Sequence record: OP953026.1 | Length of the DNA stretch: 64,000 nt | Direction: 5' to 3' (one strand) | Shown here: positions 43,525 to 56,039 of the stretch, piece after piece | How the letters are laid out: every line of letters starts with the position of its first letter | Numbering within the stretch: the stretch's first letter is position 1 | The notes under the pieces: model-generated | What the model was told of the DNA's origin: nothing | The model's input: the letters and a program-made list of their open reading frames with translations, nothing else | Database searches by the model: none | Position numbers and translations under genes: made by a program

Positions 43525-43875
43525 TTACTTTGATATCTCACCACAGTAAATGACCTCTGTTTTTGTTTCAAGCCATTCTACTAATAAATGCCGGTGACAG
43601 AAATTACCAGCGCGACAATAACAACCTAATGCTACTTCCTCTAATTGGAAGAACCATTTAAAGAATTCTGGATTATCAATCAATGATTGCTCTAATATAC
43701 TGAGATATGCTTCAGTGTATTCATCACTTGATATAATTCCTTTCTTATGTCCCATAACCATTAACCACGTAGGCGCGAGTTGATATGCACCTGATTTAAC
43801 AGTTATGTCTAGCGGTTTTATTCCTTTCTCTATAACTAACTTATATTTAGCTATCTGATAAGTGTAAACATTCAT
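43525..43875 (-). CDS. DUF488/YeaO-like protein (gp151-like)
   Basis: LAPTW..EYTEAY..VALGCYCRAGNFCHRHLLVEWL. Confidence 0.7.
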   Translation of the reverse strand: MNVYTYQIAKYKLVIEKGIKPLDITVKSGAYQLAPTWLMVMGHKKGIISSDEYTEAYLSILEQSLIDNPEFFKWFFQLEEVALGCYCRAGNFCHRHLLVEWLETKTEVIYCGEISK

Positions 43876-43951
43876 ATATCAAACCTGACATAACTAGGGA
43901 TCTTATTGACCCCTAGTTATTTTAAAACTGGCGATAACATCTATACTAACA

Positions 43952-45391
43952 TTAAGCTTTTGCTTTAGCTAGTTCAAGAGGTACAATTTTAGCTTTTTCT
44001 TCGTCAGTCATCCAGTATGGTTTATATTCACTTTTACGCATGCGTAGTAGGTCATACGTTGATAGGAATTTTTTATCACTAAACTGTTCGTCTTCTTCGA
44101 ACATCCAATAGCCACGAGTATTATTAAGAATGATATCCCAATCATAACCCATTACTTTAAGATCAGCATACAGTTCAGCTGGAGTTACTACATAATCTCC
44201 AAGATTCCAACGTTGGAATTGAATTAATTGTAGCATTTCAGATTGGATTTCAACAGCTCGTTGTAGAGCAGGGTTATCCATCAATTTCTTACGAACAGTG
44301 GTTCGGCTTAGTTTGATATCAGGACATAGCTCAACGAAGTAGTTAATGTTATTACCACCAATCCCCCAATCATTTTCACGGCAATAATGGAATTCCGATA
44401 GTGATGGAAGAATACCTTCAGTCTGTGAAACAATGAGATGGAATGGTAGACCAGTAATTCCACCTTTACCACGTAAGTTAATAACTTCTAGAATACGTAG
44501 ATCTGTATCGCCTTCAATAGCAGTTGAATTGTCAATTGGATATAAAGGCATTTTTTCTTTATTGACTAACGGTTTATTAGATTCAATAGAAAACACATTA
44601 TTCGGCAGAGAGTAGAAACCACCTGATACCCCTTTAAGAACCGTATCCTTCTTCATATGCGATAGATTACGTTTATCAGTAGGGTACATCTCAATTTGAA
44701 TAATATCTCCAACGTGTGCAGTGAGAATCATGTATGTACTGGTTTTAGCACAGATCTGCGGCAGTTGGTTAAATAACTGATTCTTGGCTTTACCATTAGT
44801 CATCGCATCAGTGTTTACTTTAGAATCACCGATAGCATTTTTAGCATACATTTCAGACACAGCTGAGACAATGAACTTTGAGAAACTATCAATGAACCCG
44901 CCAGTTGGGTACAGTGCTTTCTTATTATTACCATTCACATCAAGAAATGGGGTAGTACGTAGATAATCTTTTTCAGCCTTTTCTTTTTCAGATAATGCAT
45001 CGCGGAAGATTTTGAACCACTCATCCCCAGTATAACGAGATAAGTCAGTAAACATGTATTGCTCATCATTTTCCCAATCGATAGCAGCTAGCTCAGGATA
45101 AGCTTGTGCTAAAGATGTAAATCGAGCACCTGGGTTTAATGTACCTTCTGTATCGTAAGTCATTGCATGTGCACCGGGGAAAGCACGGCGCATCATTGCC
45201 ATGAGGTAGATACCTAATGCAGTTTTAAAATTGTTAGGTCGTGAAGCAATACCAGTTAGTGATCCCATACCACCATTTAGAATCATTTCACCATGCTTAC
45301 CTTGTTCATACTTACCAGTTGAAATGTCCATAAGGCATCCGATGTTAAGAGCCGGTCGGAAAGCTGGACGTTCGAAATGTTTACCAAACAT
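43952..45391 (-). CDS. uvsX: UvsX/RecA-like recombinase (phiKZ gp152)
   Basis: TGIASRPNNFKT P-loop, YDTEGT, FIDSFS Walker B; GGAG SD. Confidence 0.88.
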   Translation of the reverse strand: MFGKHFERPAFRPALNIGCLMDISTGKYEQGKHGEMILNGGMGSLTGIASRPNNFKTALGIYLMAMMRRAFPGAHAMTYDTEGTLNPGARFTSLAQAYPELAAIDWENDEQYMFTDLSRYTGDEWFKIFRDALSEKEKAEKDYLRTTPFLDVNGNNKKALYPTGGFIDSFSKFIVSAVSEMYAKNAIGDSKVNTDAMTNGKAKNQLFNQLPQICAKTSTYMILTAHVGDIIQIEMYPTDKRNLSHMKKDTVLKGVSGGFYSLPNNVFSIESNKPLVNKEKMPLYPIDNSTAIEGDTDLRILEVINLRGKGGITGLPFHLIVSQTEGILPSLSEFHYCRENDWGIGGNNINYFVELCPDIKLSRTTVRKKLMDNPALQRAVEIQSEMLQLIQFQRWNLGDYVVTPAELYADLKVMGYDWDIILNNTRGYWMFEEDEQFSDKKFLSTYDLLRMRKSEYKPYWMTDEEKAKIVPLELAKAKA

Positions 45392-45488
45392 GTTGACTCC
45401 ATTTTTTAAGTTAAACAGTCAATTAATTGATTTGGAGAGTAATTTTATGTCTACATATTCAACAATCCTTGCGCAAGGAAATTAAGAC

Positions 45489-46403
45489 ATGTTTAACATC
45501 CATAAATACGCTAAAAGTATTTCACTAGAAAATGATTGTCAGGATCTAATTGAATCTGACAATATTGTTAATGATGATATTAGTTTAGTACAAGTTGATC
45601 CAAAACAACAGCTTGTAGATATTACTGAGACTATTTCTCAAGAAGCTAATTTCGCAACAAACGCTATTAACATTATCAATAAACGCGGTGCTAATTTTGC
45701 TATCGCTGCTCGTAATGCATTTACGTCGATGACTAACTGGAGTAATCAAATTATTCCTGAGTTCCATCCAGCGCAGATGCGCCATTTAGTTTCACACATT
45801 GATTATTTAGAAGTAGCAAATACAATCGTGCCACAACCAGTTGGTTTTAATGGTGAGATTCCAGACTATGTTGATTATCTATTAACAGAAGCTAAGGAAA
45901 TGGCCACTATTATTCCAGCGGTATTAGACCCGGTTAAAGCACAACTTGGATATTATCTACAACAGCGTGCTGATCGAATGGATAAGCGTGGCTTTGCTAA
46001 TTCATTTGCAATGGCATCGATCAATGATCTTGCTAAAGATGCTTCTTTCTATGACAGTGACAACCGGTCAAGTACAGCTGAGTTTGGTAAGCTTTACCCA
46101 TCATTAAATTCATTTGTTGACGCAACAAAGAAAATGAACGATATTCGTAGCATTTTATCACGGGTTCGTCCAAATGATGTAAAACGTGCTTCAGAAGCGC
46201 TTAGTCAATTAATTGATAGCTTTATGGAGGATGTTAAGGATAGTAACTCTGACACCTCTCCAGAGCTATTACAGACATTAATTGAAGGGGTTACATGGGC
46301 AGCAGACCATGTTGAACGTTATTCAACACTCTTTACTAAGATTGTTGAGACTGCGAACACAATGAAAGCCACTGAAGATATTCTTCGTGAAATCATTGGA
46401 TAA
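45489..46403 (+). CDS. virion head protein (gp153-like)
   Basis: 304 aa; N-terminal SLE/SQE protease motifs; synteny. Confidence 0.75.
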   Translation: MFNIHKYAKSISLENDCQDLIESDNIVNDDISLVQVDPKQQLVDITETISQEANFATNAINIINKRGANFAIAARNAFTSMTNWSNQIIPEFHPAQMRHLVSHIDYLEVANTIVPQPVGFNGEIPDYVDYLLTEAKEMATIIPAVLDPVKAQLGYYLQQRADRMDKRGFANSFAMASINDLAKDASFYDSDNRSSTAEFGKLYPSLNSFVDATKKMNDIRSILSRVRPNDVKRASEALSQLIDSFMEDVKDSNSDTSPELLQTLIEGVTWAADHVERYSTLFTKIVETANTMKATEDILREIIG

Positions 46404-46411
46404 CAGCATAA

Positions 46412-46434
46412 GCCCTCTCCCAAAAGGAGAGGGC
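46412..46434. terminator. bidirectional hairpin between convergent genes
   Basis: GCCCTCTCC-CAAAA-GGAGAGGGC flanked by CATA and TATG. Confidence 0.8.
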
Positions 46435-46449
46435 ATTATGTCGTACCAA

Positions 46450-46869
46450 TCAATTTGGAATACACTTCTCATGTAAACTTAATTTAAAGAGAGTTTTCAA
46501 ATCCTTTAAAAAAGTTGCATCATCAGCATATTTCATCCAACACGGAGTCTTACGAATAAGCCTCATGAAAAATTGATCAGTGGTTAGATCTGCTTTATCA
46601 ATCTTATCGATTGCTATCACGCCTTTCCATACGTACGGCCCATAATGAATTGGGAGTCGTAAGGCAGCTTCATCGCGTACTAGTTTCATGTTAGAATTCA
46701 AATGAGAGATCTTTTCACACTCATTTGTCTTACACTGTACTATAACGGAGTACAGTGACGCCATGACGCACATCCGCTTTAGTTCGGGATCAGCATAGTC
46801 CCAGAGCTTAATCCAAATTGCCCTGAAACCATTCTTAACCGACTTTTTGAATCTGCTAATAAGGTTCAT
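46450..46869 (-). CDS. hypothetical protein (gp154-like)
   Basis: Likely start is the ATG at 46869, just after the RNase H stop (track starts at 46935). Confidence 0.75.
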   Translation of the reverse strand: MNLISRFKKSVKNGFRAIWIKLWDYADPELKRMCVMASLYSVIVQCKTNECEKISHLNSNMKLVRDEAALRLPIHYGPYVWKGVIAIDKIDKADLTTDQFFMRLIRKTPCWMKYADDATFLKDLKTLFKLSLHEKCIPN

Positions 46870-46879
46870 GGAATACCCA

Positions 46880-48328
46880 CTATTTTGGGAGAATAAATTG
46901 TGTATAGGGTGATTGATAGATAGCTGAACCATCATCCGTCACGAACACAATTGAATATGAATAAGAATATGGGCCTTCAGCTACTACAAGAATTTCCATT
47001 TTAACTTTATTAGCTCCAATACGAGCTAATTGGTTTCTACTTGGAATATCGATATTTAATACAAGCTTTAATTTTATCTTACGATCTTTAAATGTGATCG
47101 GAACTTCTACAAAGCCTGTATTAGATGTAATCGTCTTAAGTAGTTGATAGCCAACTTTCTTACCCTTTGCGACTTCCTCGAAGAAGTGCTCGGTAATATC
47201 AATAATACCAACCGACTCTCCAAGTTTACCAGCCAAGTAATCTTCAAGACGACTGCGCATAACATTAAATGTAGCTACAGCATCATTTGCCATACGTGGT
47301 GGATTAAGAGTCCGACTAATGAGTTCATCTGTTGGCGTCGACAAAACATTGATATCTTTCCATACGACTAGAGCAGGTAGCCCCATGGATTCAATTTTCT
47401 GTCGAATGGTTGCACGATATGCGTTTGCCAAATTGATGATACCCAGTTCTGGATTTTCAGTACCCAGTGCTTCTGTATGCATATTAATTAGTAACTGGAG
47501 ATACTCATCTGGTTCATTTGCCTTATATACACTGAAGGTTGCTTCAGAGATACGACGCCCTAAAATTAAATCAGCTTTAGCTAATTTATCTTTAGCAGTG
47601 TCTTTTGGTTTATGACCATAGTTATGCATACGACCTAAGTTATAGGTGTAATAGAACCCATCTGGTTCTTCTCCAGAGTTAATGGCGAAGAGTAACCTAC
47701 TTTCGAGGATAAGTGGATTAACAACTTGTTTTTTAAGTTTGTTAATTTCCTCGCCTTTAACCGAAACCATCACTGGCTTATCATTATTCTGTCCCGAACC
47801 AAGCTTAGCGTTAGCATCAGCTTTTTCATTACCAATGTCTCCGTTATGTCCACGGACCCATTGGATGCTTAATGGTTTATTAGTTTCTTCCCATTTAGCT
47901 TTTAGTTCGACCATCTGTTTCCATAGGTCCTGGTTTGCTACCGGCGTGCCGTCTGATTTAATCCAATTAGACTTAATCCATTTGGGTAAATATGCGGTCA
48001 TACCTTTTCTAACGTATTCACTATCCATGAGCATCGTTAGTCTAGGAGCATCTGCTTCATGAGCTATTTTGAAAGCCTCAATTGCAGCGGTTAGCTCACC
48101 TGTATTATTAGTAGGGTTATTAGTTACACTACCAAATGCATCAATATAATTTAAAACAGTGCATGTCTCATCTGCACCTACATCTAAGTATCCCTTAGCT
48201 GTTGGTTGCTGTTTGGTGGCTGCTTTAGATTTCATTGCAACATTTTCATAGGTATAACCATGAATACCCCAACCAGCTTTACCCTGTCGGAATGATCCGT
48301 CAGTGTATAAAACCATACCGTCTGCCAT
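46880..48328 (-). CDS. rnhA: ribonuclease HI with C-terminal extension (phiKZ gp155)
   Basis: LYTDGS, TNNTGELTAAIEA, MDSEYV, NQDLWK, WVRGHNGDIGNEKADANA. Confidence 0.92.
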   Translation of the reverse strand: MADGMVLYTDGSFRQGKAGWGIHGYTYENVAMKSKAATKQQPTAKGYLDVGADETCTVLNYIDAFGSVTNNPTNNTGELTAAIEAFKIAHEADAPRLTMLMDSEYVRKGMTAYLPKWIKSNWIKSDGTPVANQDLWKQMVELKAKWEETNKPLSIQWVRGHNGDIGNEKADANAKLGSGQNNDKPVMVSVKGEEINKLKKQVVNPLILESRLLFAINSGEEPDGFYYTYNLGRMHNYGHKPKDTAKDKLAKADLILGRRISEATFSVYKANEPDEYLQLLINMHTEALGTENPELGIINLANAYRATIRQKIESMGLPALVVWKDINVLSTPTDELISRTLNPPRMANDAVATFNVMRSRLEDYLAGKLGESVGIIDITEHFFEEVAKGKKVGYQLLKTITSNTGFVEVPITFKDRKIKLKLVLNIDIPSRNQLARIGANKVKMEILVVAEGPYSYSYSIVFVTDDGSAIYQSPYTQFILPK

Positions 48329-48383
48329 TATTGTTTCCTCATGTGATCGATTACTAAACTAGATAATAATTCTAGCAAGTAAA

Positions 48384-48785
48384 TTACTCATCACACTTTG
48401 CACGCCATTCTTCATATGCTTGCTCAATTTTAGCGCGCTCAGATACAATATGTGACTTTAATTCTTTTATATAGTCAGTCAACAAGATATCGATTTGTTC
48501 CGGAGTTTCTATAAACTCTGTAATAATCGGTGTTGGCGGTACCGGTTTCTTTCTTGGTAGTTCGAAAACCATACACTTCTTACTAGTATCCTTACTATAT
48601 TTTTTAGGTGTAGGCAGAACTTTTTGTATTACCTCTTCTTTAGTTGTAACAACAGATGTATGATCATCTGTAGAAGAGGAGTGTTCATATTGGACCACAG
48701 TCGTGTTGTGCGTGTGGTACTCATGTGGCGTATAAACACAGCCACTTATAAGTGGTAGGAGTATTAGAAAGAACTTTCTTGACAT
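48384..48785 (-). CDS. lipoprotein (gp156-like), o-spanin-like
   Basis: MSRKFFLILLPLISG-C lipobox; Pro-rich segment then helical C-terminus. Confidence 0.7.
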   Translation of the reverse strand: MSRKFFLILLPLISGCVYTPHEYHTHNTTVVQYEHSSSTDDHTSVVTTKEEVIQKVLPTPKKYSKDTSKKCMVFELPRKKPVPPTPIITEFIETPEQIDILLTDYIKELKSHIVSERAKIEQAYEEWRAKCDE

Positions 48786-48805
48786 GTGATCCACCAATTT
48801 GGTAC

Positions 48806-49096
48806 TTACTTTAGCAAGTCATTTAAACGACGGCGGCGCTCAAGCATTTCAGCCTTCTCAGGCGTCATTTTCTTGAGTCGATCCATTTCGGCTTTAACGG
48901 CCCAGTTGCTTGCTTTAACTGACTTCAACTCACTAGTCACTATGAATAAGGTACCTAGTAATATTACAACTAGGATTAACATTGCCGTGACATGTTTGTT
49001 TTCCAGCAACACTTCCTTAATTGTTCTATCACCAAAGATAGCCCTCTTAAGGAATGGCCAAACGAAGAGCAAGGCTTTAATAGTCAAACCGAGCAT
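48806..49096 (-). CDS. membrane protein with coiled-coil tail
   Basis: TM VTAMLILVVILLGTLFIVT then a charged helix; GAGG SD. Confidence 0.7.
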   Translation of the reverse strand: MLGLTIKALLFVWPFLKRAIFGDRTIKEVLLENKHVTAMLILVVILLGTLFIVTSELKSVKASNWAVKAEMDRLKKMTPEKAEMLERRRRLNDLLK

Positions 49097-49271
49097 GATG
49101 ACCTCTGTTAGTACTATGCCTACCCATAAAAGCCAGTATTGGCATTTCTATCAATAGACTGTTACAAGGGTATTACGTAAAGCTCATAATACCAGACTTT
49201 TTATTTTAACACAACTAGAACAGACTGATTTTATAGATGGAAACCCATCGCGCTCTAATTATGAGGATTAA

Positions 49272-50612
<1,341 letters not shown>

Positions 50613-50667
50613 TGCATAAATGAGAGAGGGCAAAGGCCCTCTCTTATATTAATCTAAAGGTGGCGCA

Positions 50668-51618
50668 ATGCGTAGATTCACTCTTAATCTGGCGGATAAC
50701 CCGCGTGGACAAGATCCACGAATAGGTTTCTTCAAAGCAGTTACAACAGCATATCCGGATTTAGGTTTATCTGAAGATAAGTCCATTATCGTAATGGTAA
50801 TGGATAGTGCAACTATCGATGAGCCTAATAGGGCATTTGTTCGTATTCAAAAAGATGCAACTAATAGTGCTGTTTATTACGACTTTCTTTATAATCGTTT
50901 TAATGTTAATGATTATATTAAAAATCCATATTGGACAGCATCGGAAGTAACGGTTGTTCAAGGATTAAAAAATAGCGAAGCTTTAGTTGCGTATGTTGCT
51001 AATAAAGCTAAATTAAATTTTACTGCTAGTGACATATGGTTAGAAATATCTAATATAACGTATACCGGTGGTAAGAAACAACCAAACTTTTTATTTAAAG
51101 CTATTGATTCATCACTATGGTGGAGAGGATGGTTAAATCTATGGTTACATTCAGGTGGTGATGTTGACCCTGATCCGCCGGACCCAGATCCAGATCCTGA
51201 TCCAGAACCAACAGATGGCTATCAGATATTCCCGCAATTGCTTGTACCATTTACAATTACAGTTGATAATGAAACAGGTAAATTTGGTAATTGGATTTGT
51301 CCGCCTTATGATCAAGCTATAGGTAGGCTATTGGTACTAATGCCTAAACCAGATGGTGCTCAAATAGCAGAGTCACCTAAAGGTGTTATACTACCTTCTG
51401 GCAATAGCGAGAAACTTAAGGCTGGTGCTGAATATCGAATACTGAATTTAACTAATGAAGATGTTGATATAGCTACTGCTTATCAACAGAGTATCATTAG
51501 GCCAATGTATACAAGTACTGGTTTCTTACCTAATAATGGCTATACTCGATTTATCTGTTATAATGAAACAACTAAAGCGATGTATACACTTGGTCTGTCA
51601 TGGTGGATGCAATCATGA
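50668..51618 (+). CDS. structural protein: gp126/143-type N-domain, (DP)n linker, separate C-domain (gp158-like)
   Basis: DVDPDPPDPDPDPDPEP linker; YYDFLYNRF and DSSLWWRGWLNL motifs. Confidence 0.8.
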   Translation: MRRFTLNLADNPRGQDPRIGFFKAVTTAYPDLGLSEDKSIIVMVMDSATIDEPNRAFVRIQKDATNSAVYYDFLYNRFNVNDYIKNPYWTASEVTVVQGLKNSEALVAYVANKAKLNFTASDIWLEISNITYTGGKKQPNFLFKAIDSSLWWRGWLNLWLHSGGDVDPDPPDPDPDPDPEPTDGYQIFPQLLVPFTITVDNETGKFGNWICPPYDQAIGRLLVLMPKPDGAQIAESPKGVILPSGNSEKLKAGAEYRILNLTNEDVDIATAYQQSIIRPMYTSTGFLPNNGYTRFICYNETTKAMYTLGLSWWMQS

Positions 51619-52019
51619 GCGAATTCTGTTATATCTACCCACCTATGAAAGTAATTGACACGTCTAAAGCAACTGGACGTAAGTTTGATATTGACTCAAC
51701 TTATCTTAATGCGCACATTATCGTTGAAGATCCTAATTATACTGATAATGATAATTCAGATAGTCCATTTATAGTAAATTTACCAGCTACTGCCTATGAT
51801 ACTAAAAAAGGTAAATATGTATTTACTATTGCTAATAAGACAAATGGATTATTGGTGATTCGTGCTTATGGTAATCGTTTAGTTGGTAACCGTGTATTCA
51901 AAGTTGACTGTCAATTAAACAAAGGTGAGGCATGTGAATATAGAACGGTTTATGATTCATTAGAAAATGAATTATACTGGTCTATCGAAGGACGTGTAAT
52001 GACGGATGTACAGGAGTAA
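51615..52019 (+). CDS. hypothetical protein (gp159-like)
   Basis: ATGA coupling at 51615; resembles the C-domain of the upstream gene. Confidence 0.75.
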   Translation: MSEFCYIYPPMKVIDTSKATGRKFDIDSTYLNAHIIVEDPNYTDNDNSDSPFIVNLPATAYDTKKGKYVFTIANKTNGLLVIRAYGNRLVGNRVFKVDCQLNKGEACEYRTVYDSLENELYWSIEGRVMTDVQE

Positions 52020-52022
52020 ATC

Positions 52023-52496
52023 ATGGCAGATACATCAAAATGTGATAATTTCATTCCTGGTGCATTTTACACAACAATAAATAAATATCCATTAAAAATG
52101 AAACACCCTCTTTATGGAGATGATGTTATTTATAATCTGTTAGATGTTAAAGATTATTTTGATACTAACATTATCTTTAAAGAAGAAGATGGATATGTAT
52201 CATCACCAACAACACCTACATTTATTGGCACTGTTATTAAATATAATACATCATTGCCAAATGGATTTACTTTCGTATTGAGTTTCTATGAAAAAGATCC
52301 TATTAATGGCAAAGAGACTAGGGACTCATTAAGTTTTTGGGCACAAGACAAAGATGGTAAATTAGTTATACCTAGAGGTTTTCCATTTGAAGATGCTTCT
52401 GTGCGCGGTACGGTTGGACAACGATTTATATTAGTCAGACCTAATGGCCAAACAACTGGTGATTATATTTGGGTTTGTCCTGGTCAAGCATTTTAA
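52023..52496 (+). CDS. hypothetical protein (gp160-like)
   Basis: AGGAG SD; 157 aa. Confidence 0.8.
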   Translation: MADTSKCDNFIPGAFYTTINKYPLKMKHPLYGDDVIYNLLDVKDYFDTNIIFKEEDGYVSSPTTPTFIGTVIKYNTSLPNGFTFVLSFYEKDPINGKETRDSLSFWAQDKDGKLVIPRGFPFEDASVRGTVGQRFILVRPNGQTTGDYIWVCPGQAF

Positions 52497-52570
52497 TTTA
52501 AAGCGGATCTGCTTTAAAGTGGATCCGCTATTATTTCGTCTTAAAGTAACTATAGTGCTCAATTGAATGA

Positions 52571-53230
<660 letters not shown>

Positions 53231-53265
53231 CAACCTTATGAACTTTAATACTCCGGAGTTTTAAA

Positions 53266-54834
53266 ATGGCTAAGAAAAAAACAGTTCCCGCAATGGATTT
53301 CTTTGCAAGTCTTGAGCGCGTTTCTGATGCTGAAGATAAGAATGTCAATCTTGATGTTGGTAAAGAATTACCAGAACAATTAAAAGATGATGAAGATGGT
53401 AAAGTAAATCCATGTGATGAAGTTACCAATGTCGTTACCAATACCCCAATTGACGTATGCAAAGGTCCAGATGTTGATGGAACTGCTGATAAGATCAATG
53501 ATAAGAAGATTCATGTTAGTCAAGGGCTAAAAGAATTCCAAGTAGCTAAAGGTGATCGTGTTGAAAACGAAATCACTGAAACAGCTGATGAAATGATCAC
53601 TAAAGTAAGTGATACTAAAGATCTTAATGTTAGTACCAAAAAACCACACCAAATTGCAGATGTCCCATCGAATGAAGACATTTCTATTATGGAAGCCAAT
53701 GAGACTGAGCAGCTAGACCATGGCTATGATGCCACCGCACTACTGGAAACTACTGAAGATATCATCACTGGTGAACTAGATGATCATCTAGAATCATTAT
53801 CAGTTGAAATGTTTACAATTGTAAATGAACTGACTAAAGTAGAATCTGTTCAAACTGCATTAGAAAACTATATTGGTTTAGTTAGTAACCGCCATCATCG
53901 CGGGCATGATGTCGATCATGATCTAGCTAAAGCTATTAGCATCGCGCTAGAGTCATTTGACTATAAATATTTTAATAACACTGTGCCATCAATGGAATCC
54001 TTTATATCACCGCTAACTCGGCCTAAAGCTTCTATTGAAGTATTAGATAATCTACAAGCTAAAGCAAAAGAAGTATCTACTGTTGCATTAGATTTCATTA
54101 AGAAGCTAATTCGCATTGTTGTAGAAACTTATCAACGTATTCGCCAGAATGTCAGTAATCAAATAGAACGCGTTAATAAGATCATGAAACGCGTTAAAGA
54201 GAATGAACTACCCGATGAAGTTCGTACTATCGCAATTCCACGCGATCTGATTCTAGGTGACACTGGTGAGAGTTGGGTTGGTGTAGACCCTGTTCAGGGG
54301 GTTACTGTAATCCGTAATCTATTTGACAGCATTGAAAAGAATGGACTGCGTGCTCTTAAAGCAGCCTTAGCTGGAAAAACAACTGATGATAAAGCACTGG
54401 CTTTAGCTAAAGGTATGTTTGGAACAGCTACCAAAATTAATGCTAATGGTGTCCGATATGCTAGCCCGGTTGTGCCCGGTAATCGTGTTTATACCTTTGG
54501 TAAAGACAAAGCTGCGGTAGACTTCTCCATTCTTGATGCACCGGGTAAACCCAACTATGGAATTACTGTTGAACTATTAGTTGATAAGAATGTTGTTATG
54601 GCTCAGCTAAAAGCAGTTCATAACCTCCTAAATCATCTAAATAATATTCGCGGTATCTCTAAAGAGTCAACTGCTGAAATCATTGCACAGATGACTGATA
54701 AAGAAGCAACCAATGTTGGTAAGGCTTATCTAACTGGCACCACTGAAGCTAGTAATGATCTGTTTAAATGTGTGATGATCTGGATCACCGTACTTGAGAA
54801 ACTAGTTGATAGTGAAATCAAGGAAACTGAATAG
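53266..54834 (+). CDS. internal head protein (phiKZ gp162-like)
   Basis: 522 aa; acidic propeptide with many S/A-x-E protease sites; paralogous to the next gene. Confidence 0.82.
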   Translation: MAKKKTVPAMDFFASLERVSDAEDKNVNLDVGKELPEQLKDDEDGKVNPCDEVTNVVTNTPIDVCKGPDVDGTADKINDKKIHVSQGLKEFQVAKGDRVENEITETADEMITKVSDTKDLNVSTKKPHQIADVPSNEDISIMEANETEQLDHGYDATALLETTEDIITGELDDHLESLSVEMFTIVNELTKVESVQTALENYIGLVSNRHHRGHDVDHDLAKAISIALESFDYKYFNNTVPSMESFISPLTRPKASIEVLDNLQAKAKEVSTVALDFIKKLIRIVVETYQRIRQNVSNQIERVNKIMKRVKENELPDEVRTIAIPRDLILGDTGESWVGVDPVQGVTVIRNLFDSIEKNGLRALKAALAGKTTDDKALALAKGMFGTATKINANGVRYASPVVPGNRVYTFGKDKAAVDFSILDAPGKPNYGITVELLVDKNVVMAQLKAVHNLLNHLNNIRGISKESTAEIIAQMTDKEATNVGKAYLTGTTEASNDLFKCVMIWITVLEKLVDSEIKETE

Positions 54835-54843
54835 GTAAACATA

Positions 54844-56031
54844 ATGTCCACATATGCAGAACTATTAATTACCAATAATGAACTCAAAGAGGCTATTGTT
54901 TCTGTTGAAGCATATCGCCATCGATTAGCTCGTTATCAAGATCTGCTAGATGGACGTGACGTAGCATCTGAAGACCTGTCTAAAGCGATGTCATTTGCTT
55001 TAGAAAGTATCGATCCCGCCTTCTCCATAAAAGAAGGCGGTATAATTACACTACGTGCTTTAAAAGATGCATTAGTTCGAGCTGCTAAGGCTGCACGAGA
55101 TATTGTGCGGATGGTAATCGAAACACTCACGGCATTCTACGTCAAGTTTACTGGCAGTATTTCACATGTGCGTAAAACACAGCAAAAATTATCTAGGCGA
55201 CTTGCAAAACTAGGTAATCGTACGACTAATACTCGATTGACTGTTTCTGGTTTACAGCGATTATCTATTAACGGTGAATTCATTGGTGATCGACCAGATA
55301 ATCTTTTAGATATCAAAGAAGTCACTAATTATATTTTAATGACTTATCCTAAAATGACTTCTAATATTGCTCGAAATATTAGTAGACAAGCATTGAATAT
55401 CTTAGATAATCAAGGCGAAGATACCACTACAGAAATCATTGATGAGTTATTACAATCTTTTGCCGATATAGTGCGTCGTGATTTTAAAGCGCCGCCAGGG
55501 GATGAGCCATTAAAGAAAGGTGAGACTACTTCTACTGGTACCCATAGAAGTTATATTTTACCAGCTAATCGTGCATTTGTTTATACTGATGCTGACCATA
55601 TAGCTACATCAGTTACTAATAAACAATCTGCACTAGAAATGGTTCGCAATACATTTACAATGGAATTTACAGAGTTACAAATCAATGCAATTGATAGCAC
55701 TGAACGAGATATAGAAGTACCTTCTGTAACTACGCTAAGTGATATTGTAACTGGTATTGCTAATATTTTAACGATCGCTGAACGTGCTAAACAAGGCGAA
55801 GTAGAATATAAAACAGTTAAGGTAGTTGTAGATGATTCAATTCGACAGCTAGCTGAACGTAGTGAGTTATTGGGAAGGGCAAATGGCGAGGCAATTAATA
55901 TGCTCGCTGAGATATCCCGAAAATTAGCAGAACCTGTTGGTAACTACACCCATTGGTTAGCAGTAACTCTTAAAGTCTGGTTAACATTTGTTAGTCACTG
56001 CATTACTCATTATGAGAATGAAGGTATTTAA
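54844..56031 (+). CDS. internal head protein (phiKZ gp163-like)
   Basis: 395 aa; DVASEDLSKAMSFALES parallels gp162 DVDHDLAKAISIALES. Confidence 0.82.
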   Translation: MSTYAELLITNNELKEAIVSVEAYRHRLARYQDLLDGRDVASEDLSKAMSFALESIDPAFSIKEGGIITLRALKDALVRAAKAARDIVRMVIETLTAFYVKFTGSISHVRKTQQKLSRRLAKLGNRTTNTRLTVSGLQRLSINGEFIGDRPDNLLDIKEVTNYILMTYPKMTSNIARNISRQALNILDNQGEDTTTEIIDELLQSFADIVRRDFKAPPGDEPLKKGETTSTGTHRSYILPANRAFVYTDADHIATSVTNKQSALEMVRNTFTMEFTELQINAIDSTERDIEVPSVTTLSDIVTGIANILTIAERAKQGEVEYKTVKVVVDDSIRQLAERSELLGRANGEAINMLAEISRKLAEPVGNYTHWLAVTLKVWLTFVSHCITHYENEGI

Positions 56032-56039
56032 CAGCATAA

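Noticed and set aside
48786-49157. Plus-strand 123-aa ORF
   Set aside because: It is antisense to the SD-bearing membrane gene 48806..49096.
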